DNA of 64,000 nucleotides from a virus, in the IMG/VR virus record IMGVR_UViG_3300035698_010466, positions 1-64,000 of that record; one strand, 5' to 3'. The notes beneath the pieces were generated by a model, which was not told where the DNA came from, ran no database searches, and saw nothing but the letters and a program-made list of their open reading frames with translations. The position numbers and the translations under genes were made by a program. The stretch's first letter is position 1. Each line of letters begins with the position of its first letter. Positions 30,491-37,363 of this stretch are shown here, in pieces.

Positions 30491-30560
30491 GTCTGCGTAG
30501 TGTAATGGCTAGCATATCTGACTGTCTATCAGAAGGAGGGGTTCGAATCCCACGTCGACG
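30491..30560 (+). tRNA. tRNA-Asp(GTC)
   Basis: TCTGA-CTGTCTA-TCAGA; G73. Confidence 0.75.
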
Positions 30561-30640
30561 GCTAAGTTAATAGTAAACGCACCTAACGATTCTGAAAAGA
30601 ACCGCGGACAAAATTCTTAGGTCTATTAACATTTTTAAAT

Positions 30641-30715
30641 ACCTTTGTAGGCCTCTTGGTGAGGAACTAGGCTGTCAACCTAGTAAGACAAACGGATCGT
30701 AACCGTTCAGGGGTG
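30641..30715 (+). tRNA. tRNA-Asp(GTC), second divergent copy
   Basis: CTAGG-CTGTCAA-CCTAG; G73. Confidence 0.8.
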
Positions 30716-30720
30716 CAAAT

Positions 30721-30805
30721 GTTTCTATAGTTTAATATTCGGAGTTAACCCTCCAGAAAAACACGGACTAGTACGAGCTTTAGGTTTGAAATCCTAATAG
30801 AGACA
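30721..30805 (+). other. tRNA-like RNA with a hairpin inserted in the D-loop and a degenerate anticodon arm
   Basis: GTTTCTA/TAGAGAC acceptor; GGAG-TTAACC-CTCC inside the D-loop. Confidence 0.45.
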
Positions 30806-30812
30806 CAAATAC

Positions 30813-30957
30813 CATTCTATAGTGTAAGACTAGGAACAAGTATTTAAGATAAGTATTCGACAAAGATCTATCGAAAAAAGGCTTAAAGAAAATTCTGTAC
30901 TAGAACACAACCCTCATGGGGAGGGTAGATACAGTATCAAATCTGTTAGAATGACCA
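30813..30957 (+). other. tRNA-Pro(TGG)-like RNA with a 79-nt structured D-loop
   Basis: CATTCTA/TAGAATG plus ACCA end; D-stem GTGT/ACAC; ACCCT-CATGGGG-AGGGT. Confidence 0.55.
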
Positions 30958-30958
30958 T

Positions 30959-31034
30959 CGGGTGGTAGAGGAGTCAGGTTTATCTCGGTATCTTTGGACG
31001 ATACAGCACGCAGGTTCAAATCCTGCTCACCCGA
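30959..31034 (+). tRNA. tRNA-Pro(TGG)
   Basis: GTATC-TTTGGAC-GATAC; C1-G72, A73. Confidence 0.85.
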
Positions 31035-31141
31035 CGACGGAGTTTTAATATTTTATTTTCTTCAAGTAAAGAAATTTTAAGTAGTCCTAGACAAAAGAAA
31101 TTTTAAATAAAATGATATGACTGATGGAGAGACATCAATAT

Positions 31142-31217
31142 CTGGTGGTAGAGGAGTCAGGTTTATCTCGGTATCTTTGGACGATACAGCACGCAGGTTC
31201 GAATCCTGCCTATCAGA
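31142..31217 (+). tRNA. tRNA-Pro(TGG), near-identical second copy
   Basis: Same body as the copy at 30959. Confidence 0.85.
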
Positions 31218-31582
31218 CAATTATATTAAGTTGAAAATCTAACATTGTATTATGTTATACTAAATACCTTGGTACAACATATTAAGAATTGGTATTTTAT
31301 TACAATTTCAAAACCTATGAATACGTTAGATTGATTGATGATACTATAAAAGATTCCCCAATATACCAATGGTTTCAACAGTTGCGGGGTGCGAGAAGTG
31401 TCGATACGGATTTATAACCTGTATAAATAACCTGACAGTCAACTTGGACTATTATTGTTTCATAGAGGTATGGCTTAATATAATTTTTTAAAATTATCAC
31501 AGTGGGCTGTTAATTAAAATGTTTAAAAAATATATAGATGAATTTAATCCTTTACCAGGTATTAAATACTCAATAAATTAAT

Positions 31583-31670
31583 TCTAAGGTTGCCGTAGTT
31601 GGTCGAACGGTCCAGACTGTTAATCTGGTGAGTGTAAACTCCATCGTAGGTTCGAATCCTCCCCTTAGAG
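31583..31670 (+). tRNA. tRNA-Asn(GTT) with a long variable arm
   Basis: CCAGA-CTGTTAA-TCTGG; variable arm GAGT-GTAA-ACTC. Confidence 0.75.
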
Positions 31671-31706
31671 CGCAAATAGAAATCTTTAAAGATTTCAAAA
31701 ATATAT

Positions 31707-31782
31707 TGCGGGATGGTAGCAGATGGTTTAGCTCACCGGGCTCATAACCCGGAGGTCGGGGGTTCAAGTCCCTCTCCCGCAA
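31707..31782 (+). tRNA. tRNA-Met(CAT), initiator-type
   Basis: CCGGG-CTCATAA-CCCGG with three G-C pairs. Confidence 0.85.
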
Positions 31783-32018
31783 CTTTAAACATTTCTGACA
31801 CATTAATGAATTTATATGTTGTGCGTATTGTTAAATCAGACAAGCTATAATGCTGTTTAGGGATAGTTTTATAGTATACATACTAATTTTCTGGTCTCCC
31901 TAAGATTAGAAAATGTTAACGTGGTTTTATAATATACTTGGAAAGTTAAAGAGCGGACATAGATCCGTAAACTTTAACGATATAGGGTTCGAGTCCCTTG
32001 TGGAACACTATTTAATAC

Positions 32019-32092
32019 GGGTCTTTAGCTTAGTAGGTTAAAGCAGTTGACTCATAATCAAAAGATCGCAGGTTCGATTCCTGCAAGGCCCA
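32019..32092 (+). tRNA. tRNA(CAT), probably Ile2
   Basis: GGGTCTT acceptor typical of Ile2; TTGA-CTCATAA-TCAA. Confidence 0.8.
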
Positions 32093-32273
32093 CTTAATTC
32101 TTACATAAGGTACATTAGCAGTACTGAAAGAACTCTTAACTCTCACAGGATCGCAACCTTTAATGAGAGCTTTAAATGGCTTAAGAGATAATGTTGGAGT
32201 CCCTGCTCTATCATGCATGGTAACAGGTTATAGGGAACAAACTATAGGTAAAAACTCGACAGAAGAATTATAT

Positions 32274-32358
32274 GGAAGGCATCCGGAAGGCATGAGGAGC
32301 TGCTCTTGAAAAGCAGTAATGGGTAAGACCATCGGGGGTTCGAATCCGCCGTCTTCCT
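32274..32358 (+). tRNA. tRNA-Ser(TGA)
   Basis: CTGCT-CTTGAAA-AGCAG; variable arm. Confidence 0.85.
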
Positions 32359-32534
32359 CAAACATTTTTAAAGTTATAAGCTAGTAAGGTCTGGGCGAAT
32401 GGACACCAGGTTACCCCAATAGACAGATTTTAAAAATGGGAATATTATCTTACATTCAGCTCTAATATTCTAAGTACATCAGAGGTTCAATTGGGAACAC
32501 TTAAATGTTGAATTCAAAACTCACTCTGATAAAC

Positions 32535-32608
32535 GCGAGTAACGCATAAATGGTGGTGCACCTGCCTTCCAAGCAGGAACAGAGTCGGTTCGATTCCGAC
32601 TATTCGCT
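32535..32608 (+). tRNA. tRNA-Gly(TCC)
   Basis: CCTGC-CTTCCAA-GCAGG. Confidence 0.85.
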
Positions 32609-32618
32609 CAAATTCATA

Positions 32619-32759
32619 AGGTTTCTTACAGCAACTAACTACTTTAAATCTGCTGCCTTAAATGGCTTACGTGGTTCGAACCCCGTTGCTCCCACTATTA
32701 AATTATCACATGGGAGTATGATGGAACTGGAAAACATGGCGGATGTAAAATAGAAACCT
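32619..32759 (+). ncRNA. TACAGCAA-family RNA containing a circularly permuted tRNA-Leu-like domain
   Basis: tRNA 3' half (32642-32694) precedes the 5' half (32712-32744), closed by AGGTTTCT/AGAAACCT. Confidence 0.65.
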
Positions 32760-32772
32760 GGAATTTATTTAA

Positions 32773-32831
32773 AGGATGCTTACAGCAAATTAAACCAAAT
32801 CAAACTTGAAAATTGAAAAACCATGCATCCT
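32773..32831 (+). ncRNA. TACAGCAA-family RNA with an anticodon-like stem-loop (CTTGAAA)
   Basis: AGGATGC/GCATCCT closing stem followed by TACAGCAA. Confidence 0.55.
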
Positions 32832-32850
32832 GAATTTTTACTTACTACAT

Positions 32851-32923
32851 GGGGAATTGGTGAAATTGGCTATCACAAGACTCTTGCAAAGTCTAGTTTC
32901 CGAATCGTACTCGGAATTCTCCA
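32851..32923 (+). tRNA. tRNA-Ala(TGC)
   Basis: AGACT-CTTGCAA-AGTCT; G3.U70. Confidence 0.85.
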
Positions 32924-32971
32924 CTATTATCGGTTCAATTTATTGTGACTCCATGAATATATAAAATAAAA

Positions 32972-33754
32972 ATGGATATAAAGTATATTTGTAAAGAATG
33001 CAATATTGAATTTAAAACATTTCAAGATAAAGCTAATCATGTTAGATGGAAACATAAAGATAATTCAAATTATTTAATAAAGGCAAGTGAATCTGCTAAA
33101 AAAGCTTGGACTAAAAAATTAGGGAAATGGGTAGATGAAACTACTGAATGTTACATATGTAAAACTATATTTGATATTAGATATAGAGAAGGAAAGAAAA
33201 AAAATAAATATTTTTGTTCAAGATCATGCGCAAATAGTAGAATTATTACTAAAAAAACTAGAGATAAAATATCTAAATCGTTAATCGGTAAACCTTCTCC
33301 ACGTATTCATTTGAACATTAAAAAAGTTTGTGGTCAATGTAATTGTGAATTTGAAGTACGTGCTACAAGAAGAAATCAAAAGTTTTGTTCTATAGAATGT
33401 TCGAATAAATTTAGAAAAAAAACTAGGTCAGAATTTGCAAATTATAAATCTGAATGTAGATTTAATTTTAATTTAGCTGATTACCCTGATGAATTTGATT
33501 TTACTTTAATAGAAAATTTTGGTTGGTATAAAGCTGCAAATAGAGGAAATAATTTAAACGGTATTAGCAGAGATCATATGATAAGTGTTAAATATGGATA
33601 TGAACATAATATCGATTCAAAATTTATTAGTCATCCTGCAAATTGTAAATTAATGAGGCATAATGATAATGTAAGTAAATATACAAAATGTTCTATTTCT
33701 CTAACAGAATTATTAAATAAAATAGAATATTGGAATAAAACATATAAAAAATAA
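32972..33754 (+). CDS. zinc-finger/HNH-type homing endonuclease within the tRNA array
   Basis: C2H2 finger, FCSRSC/FCSIEC, SRDH...HPANC...N.SK. Confidence 0.7.
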   Translation: MDIKYICKECNIEFKTFQDKANHVRWKHKDNSNYLIKASESAKKAWTKKLGKWVDETTECYICKTIFDIRYREGKKKNKYFCSRSCANSRIITKKTRDKISKSLIGKPSPRIHLNIKKVCGQCNCEFEVRATRRNQKFCSIECSNKFRKKTRSEFANYKSECRFNFNLADYPDEFDFTLIENFGWYKAANRGNNLNGISRDHMISVKYGYEHNIDSKFISHPANCKLMRHNDNVSKYTKCSISLTELLNKIEYWNKTYKK

Positions 33755-33773
33755 TAAAAGATTATTTTTAATT

Positions 33774-33849
33774 GCGATAATAGCTCAGTTGGTAGAGCAT
33801 TAGGTTGCCAATCTAAAGGTCGTGGGTTCGAATCCCATTTATCGCTCCA
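33774..33849 (+). tRNA. tRNA-Gly(GCC)
   Basis: TTAGG-TTGCCAA-TCTAA; encoded CCA. Confidence 0.88.
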
Positions 33850-33852
33850 AAC

Positions 33853-33926
33853 GCTTCCATAGTTTAGAAGGCAGAAAACCCCGGATTTGTAACCCGGAAA
33901 ACTCAGTTCGATCCTGAGTGGGAGCT
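33853..33926 (+). tRNA. tRNA-Thr(TGT)
   Basis: CCGGA-TTTGTAA-CCCGG. Confidence 0.8.
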
Positions 33927-33949
33927 CTCAAATAAATCAAAAATAGTAT

Positions 33950-34459
33950 ATGATAGGTACAATTACAATAATTCAATCTTTAATAATAGTATCATATATT
34001 ACTTTTCTTTTAATAAAATTTAAAGGACCTTTATCGTCGATATCACAATCATGGTATGCATTAAAGCCTTATAATTTAAGTTACTTATTTTATATTTTTA
34101 TGATATCATTAGGTTTATGTATGGATTTTAGACATGATCCTTTTTATTATATGTCAGGAATGGGTTTATTTTTAGTCGCAGGAGCGGCTGCATTTAGATC
34201 AAAATATAAAGGAACAAATATTCTACATTATACAGGAGTGTTATTAGCTACTGTTTTTGCTTTTTGGGGGCAATATTATAAAGTAGGTATATTACCACAG
34301 AGTATTAGTATACTCTCACTGGTCGCTCTGATATTTATCTTTTTTAGAAAGGATTATTTATGGTGGATAGAAATAGCAATATTCATATCAATAATGATAG
34401 GATTTGCAATACAAGATATGCGGGGTGGACTGGAGATGGTTACCAGCTCGGGCTCATAA
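33950..34459 (+). CDS. multi-pass membrane protein
   Basis: Several hydrophobic segments; SISQSWY motif; 3' end overlaps a tRNA. Confidence 0.65.
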   Translation: MIGTITIIQSLIIVSYITFLLIKFKGPLSSISQSWYALKPYNLSYLFYIFMISLGLCMDFRHDPFYYMSGMGLFLVAGAAAFRSKYKGTNILHYTGVLLATVFAFWGQYYKVGILPQSISILSLVALIFIFFRKDYLWWIEIAIFISIMIGFAIQDMRGGLEMVTSSGS

Positions 34460-34497
34460 CCCGAACGACGAAGGTTCGATTCCTTCCCCCGCACCCA
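34419..34497 (+). tRNA. tRNA-Met(CAT), initiator-type second copy
   Basis: TCGGG-CTCATAA-CCCGA. Confidence 0.8.
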
Positions 34498-34538
34498 TAA
34501 CGCGGTTAGAGTTTCGCGTTTAAACAAAAACTCAAAAT

Positions 34539-34611
34539 TGACAGATAGCCCAAATGGTAGAGGGTCCGGCTGTTAACCGGAAAGATATAGGTTCGAACCC
34601 TATTCTGTCAG
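34539..34611 (+). tRNA. tRNA-Asn(GTT)
   Basis: TCCGG-CTGTTAA-CCGGA; G73. Confidence 0.85.
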
Positions 34612-34618
34612 CAAATAT

Positions 34619-34693
34619 GCTCGTGTGGTCAAAATGGTAAAGGCGCTGGTTTTAGACACCAGAGATTTGAGGGTTCGACTCCCTCCATGAGTA
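34619..34693 (+). tRNA. tRNA-Leu(TAG) with a short variable loop
   Basis: CTGGT-TTTAGAC-ACCAG. Confidence 0.75.
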
Positions 34694-34782
34694 CAAAGAA
34701 AGTAAGGTTAAAGATGATAGTCTGTAATAAAGCCGACGACTATACGAGATGCATCTCGTTTCCGGTTATCTTTCTTTCTTTA

Positions 34783-34852
34783 GATGATATAACTCAATGG
34801 GTAGAGTAGGGCTTAGCGGCCTTAGTTACAGGTTCGAATCCTGTTATCATCG
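34783..34852 (+). other. tRNA-like RNA with a 6-nt anticodon loop (identity undetermined)
   Basis: GATGATA/TATCATC acceptor, normal D and T arms, AGGGC-TTAGCG-GCCTT. Confidence 0.5.
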
Positions 34853-34872
34853 CAACAATAATATTCTGCATA

Positions 34873-34932
34873 AGGATGCCTACAGCAAACTAAACTAAAC
34901 CAAACTTTTAATTTGAAAACACTGTGTATCCT
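34873..34932 (+). ncRNA. TACAGCAA-family RNA with an anticodon-like stem-loop (CTTTTAA)
   Basis: AGGATGC/GTATCCT closing stem, TACAGCAA, CAAA-CTTTTAA-TTTG. Confidence 0.55.
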
Positions 34933-34938
34933 GTATAT

Positions 34939-35018
34939 GATCCTGTGGTGAAAATGGTAGACACGTTAGGTTTAAGCCCTAATGCTTATGCGTGCCGGTT
35001 CGAATCCGGCCAGGATTA
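34939..35018 (+). tRNA. tRNA-Leu(TAA)
   Basis: TTAGG-TTTAAGC-CCTAA. Confidence 0.85.
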
Positions 35019-35064
35019 CACGGTGGTTTTTCGAGGGTTCCACTTCAAATAAACCTGAGACCAT

Positions 35065-35139
35065 GCTCCTTTAGCTTAGTAGGTTTAAAGCGTGATTCTT
35101 ACAAAATTGAGACCGGTGGTTCGAATCCACCAGGGAGTA
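35065..35139 (+). tRNA. tRNA-Val(TAC)
   Basis: TGATT-CTTACAA-AATTG. Confidence 0.8.
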
Positions 35140-35145
35140 CAATAT

Positions 35146-35218
35146 ACACGTATAGTTCAATCGGATAGAACATATGACTACGAATCATAAGATGAGGGTT
35201 CGATTCCTTCTATGTGTA
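35146..35218 (+). tRNA. tRNA-Arg(ACG)
   Basis: TATGA-CTACGAA-TCATA. Confidence 0.85.
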
Positions 35219-35232
35219 CAATAATTACAAAT

Positions 35233-35316
35233 GCCCCTGTATCTCATCGGTCTTCTAAACCGAGTCGTTAAATGAGTAATTGGAGTGACGTGTGGGTTCG
35301 ATTCCCTCCAGGGGTT
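35233..35316 (+). tRNA. D-armless tRNA-Arg(TCT)-like RNA with an extended variable arm
   Basis: GCCCCTG/CAGGGGT, TCGGT-CTTCTAA-ACCGA, only 7 nt in place of the D-arm. Confidence 0.6.
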
Positions 35317-35407
35317 CTAAAATTCAGTTTTCTGACACCTAGGGTTAGTGAATAATTTAAAGCAGAACATAAGTGGTACACAAGTCCACGACTGAATTTT
35401 TTGACAT

Positions 35408-35478
35408 ACGTCTGTATCTTAATGGTAAAGTACTGGTCTCCAAAACCAGCAATGGGGGTTCGACTCCTCCCAGGCGTG
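35408..35478 (+). tRNA. tRNA-Trp(CCA)
   Basis: CTGGT-CTCCAAA-ACCAG. Confidence 0.85.
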
Positions 35479-35488
35479 CACATAACAT

Positions 35489-35563
35489 CGATACGTGGCC
35501 AAGTAGGTGAAGGCACCTGGCTGATAACCAGGAGATGCGCAGGTTCAATTCCTGCCGTATCGA
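35489..35563 (+). tRNA. tRNA-Ile(GAT)
   Basis: CCTGG-CTGATAA-CCAGG. Confidence 0.85.
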
Positions 35564-35568
35564 CATAA

Positions 35569-35653
35569 GGAAGGCTGACAGAAAGGTATTGTATTAGTTT
35601 GCTAAACTAAAGTCTGTGTCAAACCAGTGGGGGTTCGAATCCGCCGCCTTCCT
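35569..35653 (+). tRNA. tRNA-Ser(GCT)
   Basis: TTAGT-TTGCTAA-ACTAA; variable arm. Confidence 0.8.
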
Positions 35654-35739
35654 CAAAAAATATTTTAAAAATAATCACCCAAAAATTTTTATTTCCCAAT
35701 AAAATTGATTATATTTAATTATAATTAAAAACGGAAATA

Positions 35740-35907
35740 ATGAAAGTAACAATAATGAAAATGAAACACACCTTATTAGTTGAAGACAAAAAAGGTAAAG
35801 AGTCTCAAATTCCATTATGGGCTTTGATTGATGAATGTGGTCATACTATGATACAAGTTTATAGTAAAGAAGAACCAATAGAATTACAAAAAGAATTAGA
35901 AAAATAG
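35740..35907 (+). CDS. small hypothetical protein (55 aa) behind an early-type promoter
   Basis: Hand-translated MKVTIMKMKHTLL...ELEK*; promoter copy at 35686. Confidence 0.5.
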   Translation: MKVTIMKMKHTLLVEDKKGKESQIPLWALIDECGHTMIQVYSKEEPIELQKELEK

Positions 35908-36146
35908 AAAATTATTGATTAAGTGTACTAAGGTTCTGATACCAAGCTGTAAACGCGCAAGGAGGATATACCGACATCGCTGGTATGAGAAAACATGCTA
36001 ATCAATATATAAAAATTAATCCCGTAAAAGCAATTAAGAATGTATGCATACAATCGGTATTTTTAAGTTGCAACTTGAAGGCACCCCGTCATTGATGGTA
36101 CTAATGTTCGACTCATTGGCAATGAATTAATTGTGAGGGATTATAT

Positions 36147-36220
36147 GGCGAGGTAGCTTAGTTGGTCAGAGCGTCGGAATCATAACCCGAAGGTCACCGG
36201 TTCGAAACCGGTCCTCGCTA
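36147..36220 (+). tRNA. tRNA-Met(CAT), elongator-type
   Basis: GGCGAGG acceptor; TCGG-AATCATAAC-CCGA. Confidence 0.8.
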
Positions 36221-36223
36221 CAT

Positions 36224-36421
36224 TAAAAGAATGTCCATCGCTCGTAAGAGAGGAAGTTCAGGACATCGCAGTTTAAGGCAGGAGATTCAACGCTTATCGG
36301 AATCGTTCGTACTGCCGAGGATGCAACTTCAAAACAGCTTAGAGGATGAACTGCTCATAAAGCAAGGTAGAAGGCAAAGATAAATGATGGACCACGACAG
36401 GATCCTGGCTATATTCTTTTA
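36224..36421 (+). ncRNA. rnpB: minimal RNase P RNA (~198 nt)
   Basis: P1 TAAAAGAAT/ATTCTTTTA, P2 GTCCATC/GATGGAC, GAGGAAGTTCAGG (CR-I), AGCAAG, AGATAAATG, ACAGGATCCTGGCTATA (CR-V). Confidence 0.75.
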
Positions 36422-36543
36422 AAAATTAAATTGAGTGGTAGTAGGACGGAATATTGTAGGTTGCTGGACACAAACCGCAATAAAGGTAAAGCTCTAAATT
36501 GTAAAATCCAGTAAGGGCGAATAAAGTAACTCAATTTTTATAT

Positions 36544-36618
36544 GGTGTTTGAAGCATTAAGGTGATGCGTCTGACTGTGACTCAGAAGAACTTGGATCAA
36601 TACCAAGCTAATACCCCA
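36544..36618 (+). tRNA. tRNA-His(GTG)
   Basis: G-1, TCTGA-CTGTGAC-TCAGA, CCCA end. Confidence 0.8.
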
Positions 36619-36652
36619 ATTTAATAAGTATAAATATTTTAAATTAATTAAC

Positions 36653-37162
36653 ATGAGCAAGTATACAAAAACATTAGTCGTTGATAATAGTTATATTCCA
36701 CGAAGTATAATTCGTACAGAAAGAGCCTTTGTTATTTCATATAAAGGAAATGCTGATGTTATTGCAGAACATCCAGAATCATTTAAGTTAGTTAATCCTA
36801 ATTTAGATATTTTAAAGCCATCAATAATTAAAGTACACAGATTTATTAATTCTCCATTTTATAAAGTTCCTTTAACAAGAGTGAATGTTTTTAGACGTGA
36901 TAATTTTGAATGTGTATATTGTGGAAAGGGTGATCATAAAAAAGAATTAACTCTTGACCACGTAATTCCTAAATCAAAGGGTGGTCCAGATTCTTGGGAT
37001 AATTTAGTAACTGCATGCAAATCATGTAATATCGAAAAATCTGATTTAACTTTAGAAGAATGGGGTAAGGAAATTCCTAAACCACATAGACCACATTATT
37101 TAATGTTAATAAAAAAATTAGATTATGTTCCAGAAGAATGGAAAAAATACTTATTATTCTAA
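36653..37162 (+). CDS. HNH endonuclease (McrA-like)
   Basis: RDNFECVYCG...LTLDHVIPKSKGG..SWDNLVTACKSCN..K. Confidence 0.9.
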   Translation: MSKYTKTLVVDNSYIPRSIIRTERAFVISYKGNADVIAEHPESFKLVNPNLDILKPSIIKVHRFINSPFYKVPLTRVNVFRRDNFECVYCGKGDHKKELTLDHVIPKSKGGPDSWDNLVTACKSCNIEKSDLTLEEWGKEIPKPHRPHYLMLIKKLDYVPEEWKKYLLF

Positions 37163-37191
37163 ACAAAGCCTGATTAATTTCAGGTTTTTAT

Positions 37192-37272
37192 GAAGGTGTA
37201 CCTAAGCGGCCAAAGGGGATGGATTGCAAATTCATTGCGAAAGCTTCGTCAGTTCGAATCTGACTACCTTCT
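37192..37272 (+). tRNA. tRNA-Cys(GCA) with an extended variable arm
   Basis: ATGGA-TTGCAAA-TTCAT; U73; GC-GAAA-GC variable arm. Confidence 0.8.
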
Positions 37273-37363
37273 CTCTTTCAGAAATCATATACTTAGTTTA
37301 TATTTTAATTAAACTAATGTTAATATATGCTATATAAAAATATAGATAATTTAAAAATCCAAT

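Noticed and set aside
31921-32008. tRNA gene
   Set aside because: Only a T-arm and one long hairpin; no convincing cloverleaf.
34498-34535. preQ1-I riboswitch
   Set aside because: An H-type pseudoknot is possible (ACGCG/CGCGT; GAGTTT/AAACTC), but the ligand-pairing C is not evident and no regulated ORF follows.
29657-35566. Short ORF-track calls overlapping tRNAs (29657, 29843, 31570, 32030, 32550, 35268, 35357)
   Set aside because: Shadow ORFs of tRNA or ncRNA sequence.
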